A stretch of 64,000 nt of DNA from positions 67-64,066 of the forward strand of contig DAOMFR010000019.1 in assembly GCA_035429885.1 (NCBI GenBank), written 5' to 3'. Of the stretch, positions 1 to 12,700 are shown in pieces (positions within the stretch are counted from its first letter, which is position 1; each line of letters starts with the position of its first letter). The stretch comes from Blastocatellia bacterium. Lineage in GTDB: Bacteria; Acidobacteriota; Blastocatellia; RBC074. The notes under the pieces were generated by a model. The model worked only from the letters and a program-made list of their open reading frames with translations. It did not search any database and was not told the DNA's origin. Both the position numbers and the translations under genes were made by a program.

Positions 1-38
1 ATCAACTTGCGCCGGAGCATAAACGGGTTTTATTAGGA

Positions 39-650
39 ATGCTGGTTGAAGATGACCGATTGCAGCGTTCGGCTCGATTGGATTTTGCAGTAATTCAGCT
101 CAAACGATTGTGTGGTGAGCGAAATCTGGATTGGGACGCCATGGCCGAAGGCGAGCGGGAATCTTTCCTGGACAGTCTGATCCGCGAAAACGAATTGTAT
201 TCCACGCAAGTCGGCACGAATTCGTTGGCGATTGTCGCGCCGTGTCATCACTGTGGCCGCGACATGACGCCCAGCGATCTGTATCGCATTTATTTCGGCG
301 AACGTCCGCCCAGCGTCGAACGCACTGCGGCTATGTTGATGGTGATGGATATGGATACCGACGCGCATTTTCCGCTGGCGTCAGAACACGAAATTACGAT
401 TGGCCGTCTTGACCCGCATCGTGGCATCCGGCCCGATGTAGATCTGTCCAAGTACGATCCGGCTTCGCGCATTTCACGCCGCCACGCCAGAGTCACCACG
501 CGAGGTCATCAGTTTTTTATCGAAGACCTGGGCAGCGCCAACGGAACCGTCATCAATGGACGCACTCGGCTGAAACCACAAGAACCGTATCCGTTGGTCA
601 ACGGAGATGTCGTCAAAATCGGTGAAACTACTTTGAAATTTGTCGGCTAA
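39..650 (+). CDS. FHA domain-containing protein (possibly 5'-partial)
   Basis: 203-aa ORF. The C-terminal ~85 aa carry FHA hallmarks ([45 protein letters not shown]). The frame has no stop between base 3 and the ATG at 39, so the true start may lie upstream of the window. Confidence 0.75.
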   Translation: MLVEDDRLQRSARLDFAVIQLKRLCGERNLDWDAMAEGERESFLDSLIRENELYSTQVGTNSLAIVAPCHHCGRDMTPSDLYRIYFGERPPSVERTAAMLMVMDMDTDAHFPLASEHEITIGRLDPHRGIRPDVDLSKYDPASRISRRHARVTTRGHQFFIEDLGSANGTVINGRTRLKPQEPYPLVNGDVVKIGETTLKFVG

Positions 651-690
651 AACGCTGTATCCCGCCGCTTCTACTTGGTTTGGAAACTGA

Positions 691-2607
691 ATGAAACGTC
701 CAACGTTGCTTACACTGCAAGTCGCGATCCTGCTTTGCCTGGCTCTTTTTCCTGAAACGGCTCGACTGCAACCCAACACCATCGCCATCATCGGCGCGAC
801 CGTGATTGACGGAACGGGCGCTGAGCCCAAACGGGCAACCGTCGTCATCCGTGGCGAACGAATCGAGGGCGTGCTTGCTGCCGACGCCAAACCGCCAGAA
901 GGCGCTCGCATCATCAACGCCGAAGGCCAGACGTTGATGCCGGGCATTTTCGATCTTCACACGCACTTGCCTTATGCCAGCGGAGGCAGCGTGAGCGGCG
1001 ACTGGCCCAAACATCTGAAAGCGTATCTATATTGCGGCGTCACCTCGGTTGTGGATTTTGGGACGTACCCGGAAACCTTCGAACCGATGCGGCGGCTGAT
1101 CAAAACCGGCGTCATCGAAGCTCCACACATTAGCTTGGCCGTACGCATGACGACGCCGGGCGGCCATGGAGCCGAAGGCGGGCGCGGCGATTTCTTTTCG
1201 CTGGAAGTGACTACGGCCCGCGAAGCTCGCGCCGCAGTTCGCCGGATTCTTTCGTACAAGCCGGATGTCATCAAAGTGTTCACCGATGGTTGGCGGTACG
1301 GCGCTGCGCCGGATATGACCAGCATGAATGAAGACACGCTGACCGCATTGGTGGACGAAGCTCACAAAAACAACCTGGAAGTTCTGACCCATACTGTTTC
1401 GCTGGAGAAAGCCAAAATTGCTGCGCGGTCGAAAGTAGACGTGATCGCTCACGGGGTAGGGGACAAACCCGTGGACGAAGAGCTATTCAAATTGATGAAA
1501 GCCAGCGGAACGGCTTATGTGCCAACCTTGGCCGTCTATGAACCAAGAGCCAGAGACATTTTGACGCCGCTGCTCGACACAGTGCTGGAACCGGCGGTGA
1601 AAGCGGGCATCAATCCGCCGCTGATCGCTCCGCAAAATCCGCCGCTCAAACCCGCATCCGGTTCTGCTGAAAACGGAGACGCTCCACGTGTGCGCCGGTG
1701 GCAAGTTTTGCAAGCCAACACTGCCGCCTTGCGTCAGGCCGGAATCACCTTCGGGACGGGAACCGACGCCGGAGTGACCGGCACGCATCACGGATGGGCG
1801 ACCTTGCGCGAATTGGAATTGCTGGTGGCCGGAGGATTGACTCCGCTGGAAGCACTGACTGCTGCCACGGGCAACGCCGCCAAAGCCATCAAAGTGGACG
1901 CCGAACGCGGAACTATTGCGCCGGGCAAGTTGGCCGATCTGATTCTGGTGGCTGGCGCACCGCACAAAAACATCGCCGACATCGAAAAAAATAAGCGAGT
2001 GTTTTTGAGCGGCCGCGAACTGGATCGTGAAAAGATGGCGCGTGACATCGCGTCTACTTCGTTGACGCCGATTCCGGCAATCAAGGTGCAGGAATTGGTG
2101 GATGATTTTGAAGCTGCCAATGGCCGCAGCCGTTTGGATACGCTCTGGGTCAATTCGTCCGATTCCGGCGTGGACGCTTCCAAGATGATTTTTGGCAAAG
2201 TCGCGCGCGATGCTGGCAACCACGCCTTGTCCGTTTCGACGCGCATGAGTGAGAAAGATCGTCCGTTTGGACGCATTAACGTTCCACTGAGTAAAGGCGC
2301 GATGGAGCCGGTTGACGCCCGTGAATATCGCGGGGTCCGGTTTGATGTCCGTGGCGATGGCGATTACCGATTGGTCATCCCAGCTTACAATATCCGCAAC
2401 GCCTTCTCACATTTTTTTGCTTCGTTCAAAGCTTCGCCGCAATGGCAAACGGTCAATATAGATTTCGCTTCGCTGAAGCTGCCGGAAAACGCCAGAGTCC
2501 AGGCTCAATGGACTGGCGCGGATTTGCTGATGCTGAGCTTTGAAATTGCGCGACCGGCTGGCGCATTTGGTTGGATGGAACTGGACAATATCCGGTTTTA
2601 CAAGTAA
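691..2607 (+). CDS. Secreted metal-dependent amidohydrolase with C-terminal CIA30/carbohydrate-binding-like module
   Basis: 638-aa ORF with a signal-peptide-like N-terminus ([15 protein letters not shown]). Amidohydrolase motifs are present ([31 protein letters not shown]). The last ~170 aa resemble CIA30-type beta-sandwich modules (ends [11 protein letters not shown]). Confidence 0.85.
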   Translation: MKRPTLLTLQVAILLCLALFPETARLQPNTIAIIGATVIDGTGAEPKRATVVIRGERIEGVLAADAKPPEGARIINAEGQTLMPGIFDLHTHLPYASGGSVSGDWPKHLKAYLYCGVTSVVDFGTYPETFEPMRRLIKTGVIEAPHISLAVRMTTPGGHGAEGGRGDFFSLEVTTAREARAAVRRILSYKPDVIKVFTDGWRYGAAPDMTSMNEDTLTALVDEAHKNNLEVLTHTVSLEKAKIAARSKVDVIAHGVGDKPVDEELFKLMKASGTAYVPTLAVYEPRARDILTPLLDTVLEPAVKAGINPPLIAPQNPPLKPASGSAENGDAPRVRRWQVLQANTAALRQAGITFGTGTDAGVTGTHHGWATLRELELLVAGGLTPLEALTAATGNAAKAIKVDAERGTIAPGKLADLILVAGAPHKNIADIEKNKRVFLSGRELDREKMARDIASTSLTPIPAIKVQELVDDFEAANGRSRLDTLWVNSSDSGVDASKMIFGKVARDAGNHALSVSTRMSEKDRPFGRINVPLSKGAMEPVDAREYRGVRFDVRGDGDYRLVIPAYNIRNAFSHFFASFKASPQWQTVNIDFASLKLPENARVQAQWTGADLLMLSFEIARPAGAFGWMELDNIRFYK

Positions 2608-2657
2608 TCAGTTTCTATACGTTACGGCGAACTTAAACTTTTCCCTCTGGAGGTTCG

Positions 2658-4034
<1,377 letters not shown>

Positions 4035-4060
4035 AGGTCCTTTTGTCGAGCCTTCCTTTG

Positions 4061-4097
4061 GCAAAGAGCGTTGTTCATCACAAACAACGCTCTTTGC
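4061..4097 (+). terminator. Rho-independent terminator-like hairpin between convergent genes
   Basis: Perfect 15-bp stem, GCAAAGAGCGTTGTT (4061-4075) pairing with AACAACGCTCTTTGC (4083-4097), with a 7-nt loop. On the + strand it is followed by the T-rich run TCGTTTCTTCTTTT. It lies 27 nt after the M20 stop and 21 nt past the end of the minus-strand giant gene. The minus-strand reading lacks a U tract. Confidence 0.65.
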
Positions 4098-4118
4098 TCG
4101 TTTCTTCTTTTACTCCCG

Positions 4119-7100
4119 CTACATTTCAATTGGTCGCGAAACGCGAACGATACGCGCTTTAGCATCTTCCGGCGTGGTCCCGGGCAATTCCAACGGAAAC
4201 AGGTGATCCCACGGTTCCGACGTCAGTGAAGGGGAGATGTAGCTGAGTTCTTGTGCCTTGCTTGCTGTCTGCGATAGCGCAACGTTGATCGCAACTTCGG
4301 GCAATGCGTTCAGTGTCGTTGTTCCAAACTGAACCCAGTCAGTGGCAGACCGATGTTGTGCGGACACTTCCCAACTGTTTCCGGATTTCGTCAACACTAG
4401 GCGCACTGCGTATGGCGCGCTCACCTGCGCGCTGGGAATCGTTGTCTCTTGCACGACAGTTCCTCCGCTATTTTTCAGTTGCAAGGTCACGGAACCGTTT
4501 GCGTTATGCAACGCCGCAATGCTGACCAGTTTCGCACCGTTTGCAGATTGGTTCAGCGAAACACTGTAGCCGCCACTCGTCGTGAAGTTGGCTTTGATGG
4601 AGTTCAAGGTCACCGCCCATTGTCGGCCTCCATCCAGTTTTGCGCCAGAGTAATAATTGGCCTCACTCCGCAAATTGCCAAGCGCCTCCACGCGGTATTG
4701 CACTTCGATAATCCGTCCGCGTAGTTTCCAATCGTTGCCAATGCGGGTTTGCTCGTCCAACGGTTGGCAAATGCCCTGCGCGCCCAGCTTGTACAATCCT
4801 ACATACCGTTCCTGGTCACGGCGCCCGCGCATATCCCGAATCACCTGCGTCAGCACTAACCACCGCGAAAATTGATTAAACCCGGCAAGCGGAGGATCCG
4901 CCGGAAGCGTGGCCGGAACGCCATTGGTCAGTATTTCGACAAAGTTTGGATTGGAAGCGCTGCGACGCAATCTCAAGCTGTTGTAATCAAAATTCTGTCC
5001 GAATTCCGAAAAATCCGGCAGTAACTGCACCCAGTATGGATCGGTCGGTTTGCTTTCAAGAGCCGCGGGATTGCCATTGACGATCAAATTGCGCTTGAAA
5101 ACGAGCTTGGCGAAACTCCATTTATCTTCCAGATTCTTGGGCAATTCTGGAAACGAAAGCAGGCACGACGAAGCGACAAACAGCGGCGCGTCCGCGTCTG
5201 TATCGAAGGTGTGGCCAAGAGGCTGACTCACATTCATCTTGACCTTGCCGCCCGTCCAGGCATCGCCGGTCAGAATCGGATCAGGCCCGAATTCGGGAAG
5301 TTTTGCGCCTCCGGTGGGACTGTCCGCCTCTTGCATTTCAGCAACCAGCGTTTCCGCCAACCCGCCAACTTCGTACCAACTTTCGTTCAACACCACCAAC
5401 AGGCCCGGCAACCGAGCTTTGTTTGCCTCGGTTGTGCTGGCGGCTTCCGTCAACGGGACAACGAATTTTACCTGCGGCTTCGGCACTTCTTCTTGCCAGC
5501 GGCAATTGACCAGATACCGTTTCCAATTGTCGCGCGGATTTTGTGGATCAGTGGTTCCGGGCGAGGTCGCATTCCGGCTGGAATCGACAAACTCAGGAGC
5601 ATTTTTTTGCAGAATTTCCAGCAACCCCGAATACCGTGTGTTGGCGCGGACCGCAAAACGGTAATACAGCGCGCGACGATCCTGGGTTCGGTCGTCTTCA
5701 AACAGCAAAGGACTGTTGTCTAGCGTGCTCAGGCTGGCGCTCGTCAGCATGTAATCATCGTCGCCACGATCGCCGAATCCTTCCGCATCCCACAGAAACG
5801 CATTTGTTGCGGGGGAGTCGGTGTTAAGCGGCAATTTGTTGATTTCGGGTTGTTTATCATTGGTGCGTGCCGGAAATTCTCTTAAAGGACGCCCCTGCCA
5901 GCGCCAAAGCTGACGCCGTAACTCCACGGTTGCCACGTAATCAAACTTGTTGGCCGAACCAGCCGCGCCGCGATCCAGGTGGACAGTCAGCCGTCCGCCG
6001 ACCGCCACAGGACGGATGGCATTCCAAACTTCTTCAGGCGTAGGCAAATCGGTGGTCGCACCTTCCAGCAGCATCCGCAACGGCGAAAAAAGGTAGTAGG
6101 TATTTTCGAATTTCTGCCACGCGCCTTTGGTTGGCGGCGGCAGCTTATGAAACCGGCGCAGATTGTCATCGTCAAACCATTGCGCTTTCACCGGAACGTA
6201 AATGCGCAATTCCGCGACTTCGCCTTTGCCGATGGTCACCACTAACTTGCTGCCCGTCGCTGTGATTTCACTGACCTCGCCGTGCTTGCACAACACGGTT
6301 GTCGGCAGCGATTGCGCCAATCCTATGCCACCAGTCGCTTGCGGTGGCGGAATATCCACTTTCACAGTTTTCGCAACGGCTGCCGTTGGGCGCATCATCA
6401 CCAACTCGGCAACAAAAAAGTTTTCCGCCGCCGGATCGTCCAACGAAATGTCATCGCGATTGTCATCTGATGCCCGGCTGGGGTCTTTGGGCGCTTTGCG
6501 ATGGTAATCCGCCCAAACCTGCTTGCGTTTTTCTTCCGTAGGTTTGTCTGGCCCGGTTTCGGCGTCCTGATCTTTCGCCAGCCAACGGTTCCAGGTGGCC
6601 AGATCGGTCGCCGGTTTTCGCAATCCAAACGAAAATTCGGTTGGATTTGTTGTTTTGAGACTCGGCAGCAGTAGCAAGGGCAGATTCTGCGCTCCGGCGT
6701 TGACCACAGGGTCAGCACCTTTGAAGGTCATATCTTCGCTGGGGTCAGGCAGTGGAATGCCGCTGATGCTGGCGGGATTGAGCTTCAGTTCTCCCGCCAA
6801 TGGAAACACCTGGTCGGGAATCCTGGGCAATTGAATTCGTAATTTCCCAATTTGCCCAATTTCTCCGGCAACGCTGAATCGCGGTTTGCCCACGCGCACG
6901 CGGCGCAGGTATTTCACGCGACGAACCGGCGAAGACACGGCCGACGAAAAGTCCGGCTGGAAAGTTTCAGTCCAGTCTCGCAGTTTGGCGGGATGGCCGT
7001 CGCTGAGTTCTTTCGGCAACGCGCCGCTGTTGCCGATGACAAATGCCGCCAGTTCATACGTCTGGCCGAATTTCAGCGGTGGCAACTTCGCCCAGTTGGT

Positions 7101-9761
7101 ATTTTTGTTTGCCGGTGTGTATTCGATTCTGCCGGCAATGTCGTCGCCCAACTGATTTTCCAGACTGACCCCGCCGGACAATTTCGCCGCCGGGCTTTTG
7201 GCAATCAGCGGGTTGTCGTTGTAAGTAAGCAGCGCCTGCCGCAAATCGTTTTGATACGTCATGCGATACGGAGCCAAGGCTTTCGGGAACACAAGTTTCA
7301 ATCGTTCGTCCAGATCAGAAGTCGCTGTTTCGGCGCGCAGTTCCGCCATGTTCAAACAGCGCCACGGAGCCTGCCCCGTCGTCTGGCTTTGCCGCATCAA
7401 CAAGCCAATCCCGGCAATGCGCCGCAAAAAGTCCTGTGCGTCATCGTCGTTCCCTTCGGCGAATTTGGCCAAACGATCTACCTGAATTGTCACGCCCTGG
7501 GAAATTTCCGTCGGCGAGCTATCGCCTTCTTCGGTTGGATTGTCCAGCATCGGCAGCAGCAACGGTGCAAATCCCTCAGCAAACGCATCCAGACTGGTGT
7601 TCATCCAGGTTTCAATTGTTGTTTTCACTGGCGGCACCGGCACCGCCCCAGATGGCAGCGGCAGGTAATCAGCGTATTCCGCAATGCCGCTGATTCGCTT
7701 GCTGAAATAATCTTTGAGTTTCTGTTTCAGGTTGTCCGTCAACTGTTTGAACTCGTTCCCAGCGGAATGCTTGATGTTGATCAAATCGCTCCAAATACGG
7801 CCGATGTTTCCTGACGCCAGTCGCTGGCGAAGCTGGATCGCAGGCAGAATGCTGTCTTTAAGCGAAGTCGAAAATCGGCTGTAGAACGTTTGCGCCTTGT
7901 TGAAACTCCATCTATCCCAGTCGCTGATGGCAGCAGCAATTTTGTCCGCGGGCGCAACCAACACCGAAGGCTGCGTGAAGCTCAACGGGCCGACGCCAAC
8001 ATTCAGATCAACCACGATGGCAGCGGCATCAAGTTTGGATGTTGTCGCCACCTGCACGTCACTTGCGCCAATTGGCTGCCAAACATTGGCGCCTGTGCCG
8101 AATTGCGCTGTGACAAACCATGACTTTTCAGCTTGCCGCGCGATTTTCAGGCGCAAATGATGATCGGAAGAAATAGGAAATTCGGCCTGTGCCTTTTCAA
8201 TCTCGCTGGCATCAAGCAAGCGAATTTTCAGAGTGTCCGCATTGCGGGAAACTTCAAGCGCGATCTGGCTGGCCGGACTGAGTTTTGGATCCGTCACGCG
8301 GAAGAAGTATTTATCTCCTGAAACCAGTCTAGCGGAATTCAGGTTGGCCAGGGTCAACACCCATGCTCGCCCGTCATTCAAGCCGAGCAATCCGGTGTCG
8401 CCTTTGCCCGGACGAAGGCTTTGGAAGTAACTGGCTTGGGCCGAAGTGATGGTAGTTTTTGTCACGGAGCCGGTTTTGTTCGCAGCCAGATTCCATTGCG
8501 TCAACAAAAAATTTCGCAGGTTGTTTTCATCGGCCAGGGCGCTTTGAATCGCCTCCAATTCCCCCAACTCATCATCCAACCGGTCGCGTCGCCGAAACTC
8601 GGCAGGCTGGCGGATTGCGGCGGTGGCTTTGACTGCCGGGATGCTTTCCACCAGCTTTCGCCAGTCTTCATATGTTTGAGTTCGGTTGTAAAACTCCAGC
8701 GCTCCGCGCATTGAAAGCCGAAACGATTCCATCAAGCCATTGCTTTCCAATCCGACATCACGACAACTGGACAACAGATAACCGGCCACGTCCGCGCCAT
8801 CTGCGCCAGGCTGCACGCCGGTTCCGGCCAGATCACGTGTCGTCGCAACTACAGACTGGCGGAAAAACCTCAACACGGACATGTAAGCCTGATCGTCGAA
8901 ATTGGCCGGATTGCTGATCGCGCCGATATTTTTGCGAAATGCGTCAATTTGCCGCTGCGCCAGGTCGAAAATACCGGCAATCTTGCTTTCCAGCCGCACA
9001 GTCCAATCAGAGCCAAACCATTGCTGTTGCCCGGATTCAAAACTGTTCTTGATCCAGTAACTGCCGAAATCAATGTAGCTGGTAGCAGAGGGATCTGGCG
9101 TCAAAACGACTTTCCACGGCACAACGTACGCCTGCACGCTGTGCGTGCCCGGTTCATAACCCCAAATGTTGATGTCGGTGACCCCGGATCGGGAAATTGT
9201 GCTGCTGGGGCCGGTGGCTTTCGGAACGATGTCGCCCAGAGTTTCGCCTTTGAATTCCGGAACCGCCAAAATGGAATCGCCAGCGGTCAGCAGCGCCGCC
9301 GGCAATTTGAAACATAGCGACAGATTCAATTGCTGGGGCGCAGGTGCAGGCAATGTGGAAACATATCCCAGCAAGTTGCGGAAATAACGGCGGCTTTCCT
9401 GTTCTTCCTCAACGCCCACTGTCGGACGCCAGACAAAGGCTTCGCTGCCGTCCGCAGGATTTGCCCAGATGTCCTTGGCTTCATCCAGAATGGCGTTTTT
9501 GATTGGCGCGCCATCAAACTCACCGTCGTTGACGGGATAACTGACAACATTGGCCAGTTCCAGCGTGGCAGAGTTCTTTCGCCAAATGTGAATGCGTTCC
9601 ACATTTCCCCACAACCAGGGCATTAACAAGCTCAAGGCCTCGGCCTGCGTTCCAGCCAGTTGATCGAACGATGCCGACAGATTCAACCCGAAATATGCCT
9701 GATCCGTTTCATACGCCGGCCATAGCCGCTCCAGATGACAAATGATCGCTACGTTAGCCAT
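4119..9761 (-). CDS. Giant hypothetical protein G2 (1880 aa), second gene of a two-gene operon
   Basis: Uninterrupted 5.6-kb ORF. Its ATG at 9761 is preceded by AAGGAAGGA about 8 nt upstream, 36 bp after the stop of the upstream giant ORF. I see no signal peptide, no GxxxxGK[ST], no HExxH and no recognisable repeat family. All long plus-strand ORFs inside it are Arg/Ser-rich shadow ORFs. Confidence 0.85.
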   Translation of the reverse strand: MANVAIICHLERLWPAYETDQAYFGLNLSASFDQLAGTQAEALSLLMPWLWGNVERIHIWRKNSATLELANVVSYPVNDGEFDGAPIKNAILDEAKDIWANPADGSEAFVWRPTVGVEEEQESRRYFRNLLGYVSTLPAPAPQQLNLSLCFKLPAALLTAGDSILAVPEFKGETLGDIVPKATGPSSTISRSGVTDINIWGYEPGTHSVQAYVVPWKVVLTPDPSATSYIDFGSYWIKNSFESGQQQWFGSDWTVRLESKIAGIFDLAQRQIDAFRKNIGAISNPANFDDQAYMSVLRFFRQSVVATTRDLAGTGVQPGADGADVAGYLLSSCRDVGLESNGLMESFRLSMRGALEFYNRTQTYEDWRKLVESIPAVKATAAIRQPAEFRRRDRLDDELGELEAIQSALADENNLRNFLLTQWNLAANKTGSVTKTTITSAQASYFQSLRPGKGDTGLLGLNDGRAWVLTLANLNSARLVSGDKYFFRVTDPKLSPASQIALEVSRNADTLKIRLLDASEIEKAQAEFPISSDHHLRLKIARQAEKSWFVTAQFGTGANVWQPIGASDVQVATTSKLDAAAIVVDLNVGVGPLSFTQPSVLVAPADKIAAAISDWDRWSFNKAQTFYSRFSTSLKDSILPAIQLRQRLASGNIGRIWSDLINIKHSAGNEFKQLTDNLKQKLKDYFSKRISGIAEYADYLPLPSGAVPVPPVKTTIETWMNTSLDAFAEGFAPLLLPMLDNPTEEGDSSPTEISQGVTIQVDRLAKFAEGNDDDAQDFLRRIAGIGLLMRQSQTTGQAPWRCLNMAELRAETATSDLDERLKLVFPKALAPYRMTYQNDLRQALLTYNDNPLIAKSPAAKLSGGVSLENQLGDDIAGRIEYTPANKNTNWAKLPPLKFGQTYELAAFVIGNSGALPKELSDGHPAKLRDWTETFQPDFSSAVSSPVRRVKYLRRVRVGKPRFSVAGEIGQIGKLRIQLPRIPDQVFPLAGELKLNPASISGIPLPDPSEDMTFKGADPVVNAGAQNLPLLLLPSLKTTNPTEFSFGLRKPATDLATWNRWLAKDQDAETGPDKPTEEKRKQVWADYHRKAPKDPSRASDDNRDDISLDDPAAENFFVAELVMMRPTAAVAKTVKVDIPPPQATGGIGLAQSLPTTVLCKHGEVSEITATGSKLVVTIGKGEVAELRIYVPVKAQWFDDDNLRRFHKLPPPTKGAWQKFENTYYLFSPLRMLLEGATTDLPTPEEVWNAIRPVAVGGRLTVHLDRGAAGSANKFDYVATVELRRQLWRWQGRPLREFPARTNDKQPEINKLPLNTDSPATNAFLWDAEGFGDRGDDDYMLTSASLSTLDNSPLLFEDDRTQDRRALYYRFAVRANTRYSGLLEILQKNAPEFVDSSRNATSPGTTDPQNPRDNWKRYLVNCRWQEEVPKPQVKFVVPLTEAASTTEANKARLPGLLVVLNESWYEVGGLAETLVAEMQEADSPTGGAKLPEFGPDPILTGDAWTGGKVKMNVSQPLGHTFDTDADAPLFVASSCLLSFPELPKNLEDKWSFAKLVFKRNLIVNGNPAALESKPTDPYWVQLLPDFSEFGQNFDYNSLRLRRSASNPNFVEILTNGVPATLPADPPLAGFNQFSRWLVLTQVIRDMRGRRDQERYVGLYKLGAQGICQPLDEQTRIGNDWKLRGRIIEVQYRVEALGNLRSEANYYSGAKLDGGRQWAVTLNSIKANFTTSGGYSVSLNQSANGAKLVSIAALHNANGSVTLQLKNSGGTVVQETTIPSAQVSAPYAVRLVLTKSGNSWEVSAQHRSATDWVQFGTTTLNALPEVAINVALSQTASKAQELSYISPSLTSEPWDHLFPLELPGTTPEDAKARIVRVSRPIEM

Positions 9762-9797
9762 TTGTGTCCTTCCTTTCTGCTGAGAGTTGATGTTTCT

Positions 9798-12700
9798 CTA
9801 TTCGAACATTGCCAAGTATTCAGCCGCAGCCAGATCAAATTCATCTCCGGCAGCCGCCAATTCCAACGCAAAGGAACTGGCGATTGCCGCCTGGGAACCT
9901 GAGCCTGAGCCTTTCTTGAACGTGTAGGTGACTGTTTTGCTGAATTTGAACGTGAAGCACCAGCAAATCTTGATGCGCACTTTCAACGTGCCGCGCCCGA
10001 CTAGCGATCCGTCGCTGCTGTATTGAGCTTCGAGCAACAGCGAAATCGAAACCGAGACAATGCTGAGCACTTCGACTTCGCCTTTCAGCAAAAGCATCAG
10101 CGTGATGGCAAACGCCGAGCCGCCGCCTGTGTCAATGTGAAAATCGGCGTAGATGCCGAAGGTGATCGAAACTGAGCCTTTGATTGGCCCCAGCGCAATT
10201 GCCAAAGACGCGCTGGCGGTAATGCCGATGGTGATGTCACCCAGCAAACGATTATTCAACGGGTAATAGGTCAGGCGCGTATCGAACCAACCGCCACCGC
10301 CCAGAATGAAAATCGTCAGGGTGAACGGGTCTTCTTTCTTGCCGAATGAAAGCGCGACGCCAAGCGCGAATTCGATGCCGGTCGAAACCGGGCGCAGCAA
10401 CAAGCGGAATCCAGCGCCCATGACCAAACCGCTGATGCCAAACGCGCCAAGCTGCACGGGCGGCAGCGGCAGGTCAATCACGGTTTCAACACCAGCCGGT
10501 TTTCCATCAATGATGATCAACCGAATCGGCGGCAAATCGTCGCCACTTGAAGGCAGGAATTTCTTCAACAGATCGGTCAGGAATTGCAGCGCGCCTGCCA
10601 TTTCGATCTTGTCGGTTGAAATGTCGAAGCGAATCTTGCCCTGGTCATTGAACGTCAGCGTCGTTTCGCGGAATGTGACCACGGACGTGCCCAGGATAAT
10701 CAGTTCCCAGTCGCCTTTGATCTGGCCCTGGACTTTCAGCCGCGGGGCGCTTCCCAATTCGGCGGTAATCATCGCTTCGGAGGTAAAGGTGGCTTTGGCC
10801 AGCTTCAACTCAACGGGACCGAAGGAAAAGATCGTTGCCTTGTCTGTCAGCGGAACGTTAATCGTCGCTTTCACCCATGCGCGTCGCGCTTGCGTGTCAA
10901 CGCCGTGGGTGACTTTGACATTTTCGCCGTTGCCGATGCCCGGCAGTTTGGGCAGGAGCGGAAACTTTAATCCCGAAAACAGTTTTTCAAGCTTCAACCC
11001 CGCAAAGTCCGGAAACAGATTGGAGAAGTCGAAATTTTCCAGCGCGTCTGGCACAACGCGATCAAGCAGGTTCGCGACCGGGAATCGCAACCCGAATCCT
11101 TTCAGATCATCTCCCAGCCGGTTGAACAATGCCGTCACTGGCGTCAAGTCTACGTGGCGCTTTAGTTCGTCAAAGTAATACGCCAGCCGCAACCGGTTGA
11201 AATCCAGCATCGGAACGCGCGGCGCATCGCCGAATGCGCGCAACAACCGCAGGGTCGTGTCGCCGATTTGATGAAGCGTTTCGTCCGCCAAACCGGCGAA
11301 TTCGCCCAACGCCTGATTGACCCGGTCAGCAAACGGAGCCAGCCGGAAGCGTATGTCATCAAACACACGCTCTATATCGCCGCGTAATTCGGCAAACGGC
11401 TTGCCAATGCTGGCAGTCAGTTGTGCTTTGAGCTTTTCAAGAAAATGGTCAGCAACATTGCCGCCGCCAAGCAGATTGTTCAGCACGTTGCCGAACTCGC
11501 TGGCTTCATCCAGCAATTTGGCGACCAGCACATTGCAGGTGATTTCGCGGACCTTGGCTTTCGCATCCACAATAGCCTGCCTGAAATCCGATTCCGCCTG
11601 GTTCACCACATCGCTCACGGCTTGACGCAATGCCGCTGGCGTTGCCTGCGCCTGATTGACGGCTGCAACCAGCTTTGCTTGTATCCCTTTTATAACCTGG
11701 CGAGGCTTGTTGACTTCGGCTTGCGCCTGCGACAGCGCAGCTTGAATTTCCGTGCGAAGATTCTTCAGGTCGTTTTCGAGCTGTACGAACGCGGTGGAGA
11801 GATTGCTTCTGAACGCTTCCAGTTCCGTCTTAACATTGGTCGCGCCTTGTTGCAGTTTTTTGTCAATTTCGCCCAGTTGAACGTCAATTTTCTGGCCGAG
11901 CGAAGCAATGTTGGAGCGGACTTTTTCGATCAACCCTGCCAGCTTGGTTTCTGTCCCGCTGCGAGCGGCGCTTTCCAATTTTCGCAGCAAGGCTTGCAGC
12001 CTGCGGCGCAGCTCTTCGATTTCCTGACGGGCGCGCGCCGAACCTTCTGTTGTCAGCTTGTCAGCAATGTTGATGACGGCATTAATTTCGCGTTCGGCCT
12101 GCGTTTTGAAATCGAGCGCAGCCTGATAGCCGGTTTCGGCCTGTCGCATCAATTCTTCCAGGCCGGTATTGACGATCGTGAAAAGGTCTTCGATACGGCG
12201 GCCATATTCATTGATGGCGCCTATGACATTGTCTTTTAGATTGCCGGTTGCCTGGCTCAGCCTGTCAATGGATTTATGTAAATCCGCTTCGATGTCGGCG
12301 AACAATTTGATGACGCGATCCTGGGCAAAATCAATTGCCGCATCGGTGGCGTTGTTGAGTACACCGCACAGCACATTCTGGCCGCGAAACAGGTCGGAGA
12401 GTTTTTTGTCGCCGACGGTTTGGTTGATCAGCGCGTTGAAATTTCCCTTCAAGCCATCTGACGAATTGTGTTTGGCAATCAGTTCATCAATCGTCTTCGT
12501 TAGTTCGGTGACCGCCGCCTGTGTCACGTTGCCGTCTTTGGGCAGTTTCGACAGGATAGTTTGCAGAATTTCTTCGGTTTGTTCGGTGATGCGTTTGAGT
12601 TTCGCCACGCCTTCACGCGCCGCAATGACTCCATTACGCTGCGCGCCTTCAGTAAATTCCTCGACAGTGCGCAGGCGAGCGCGCACCATCGTCACGTTCC

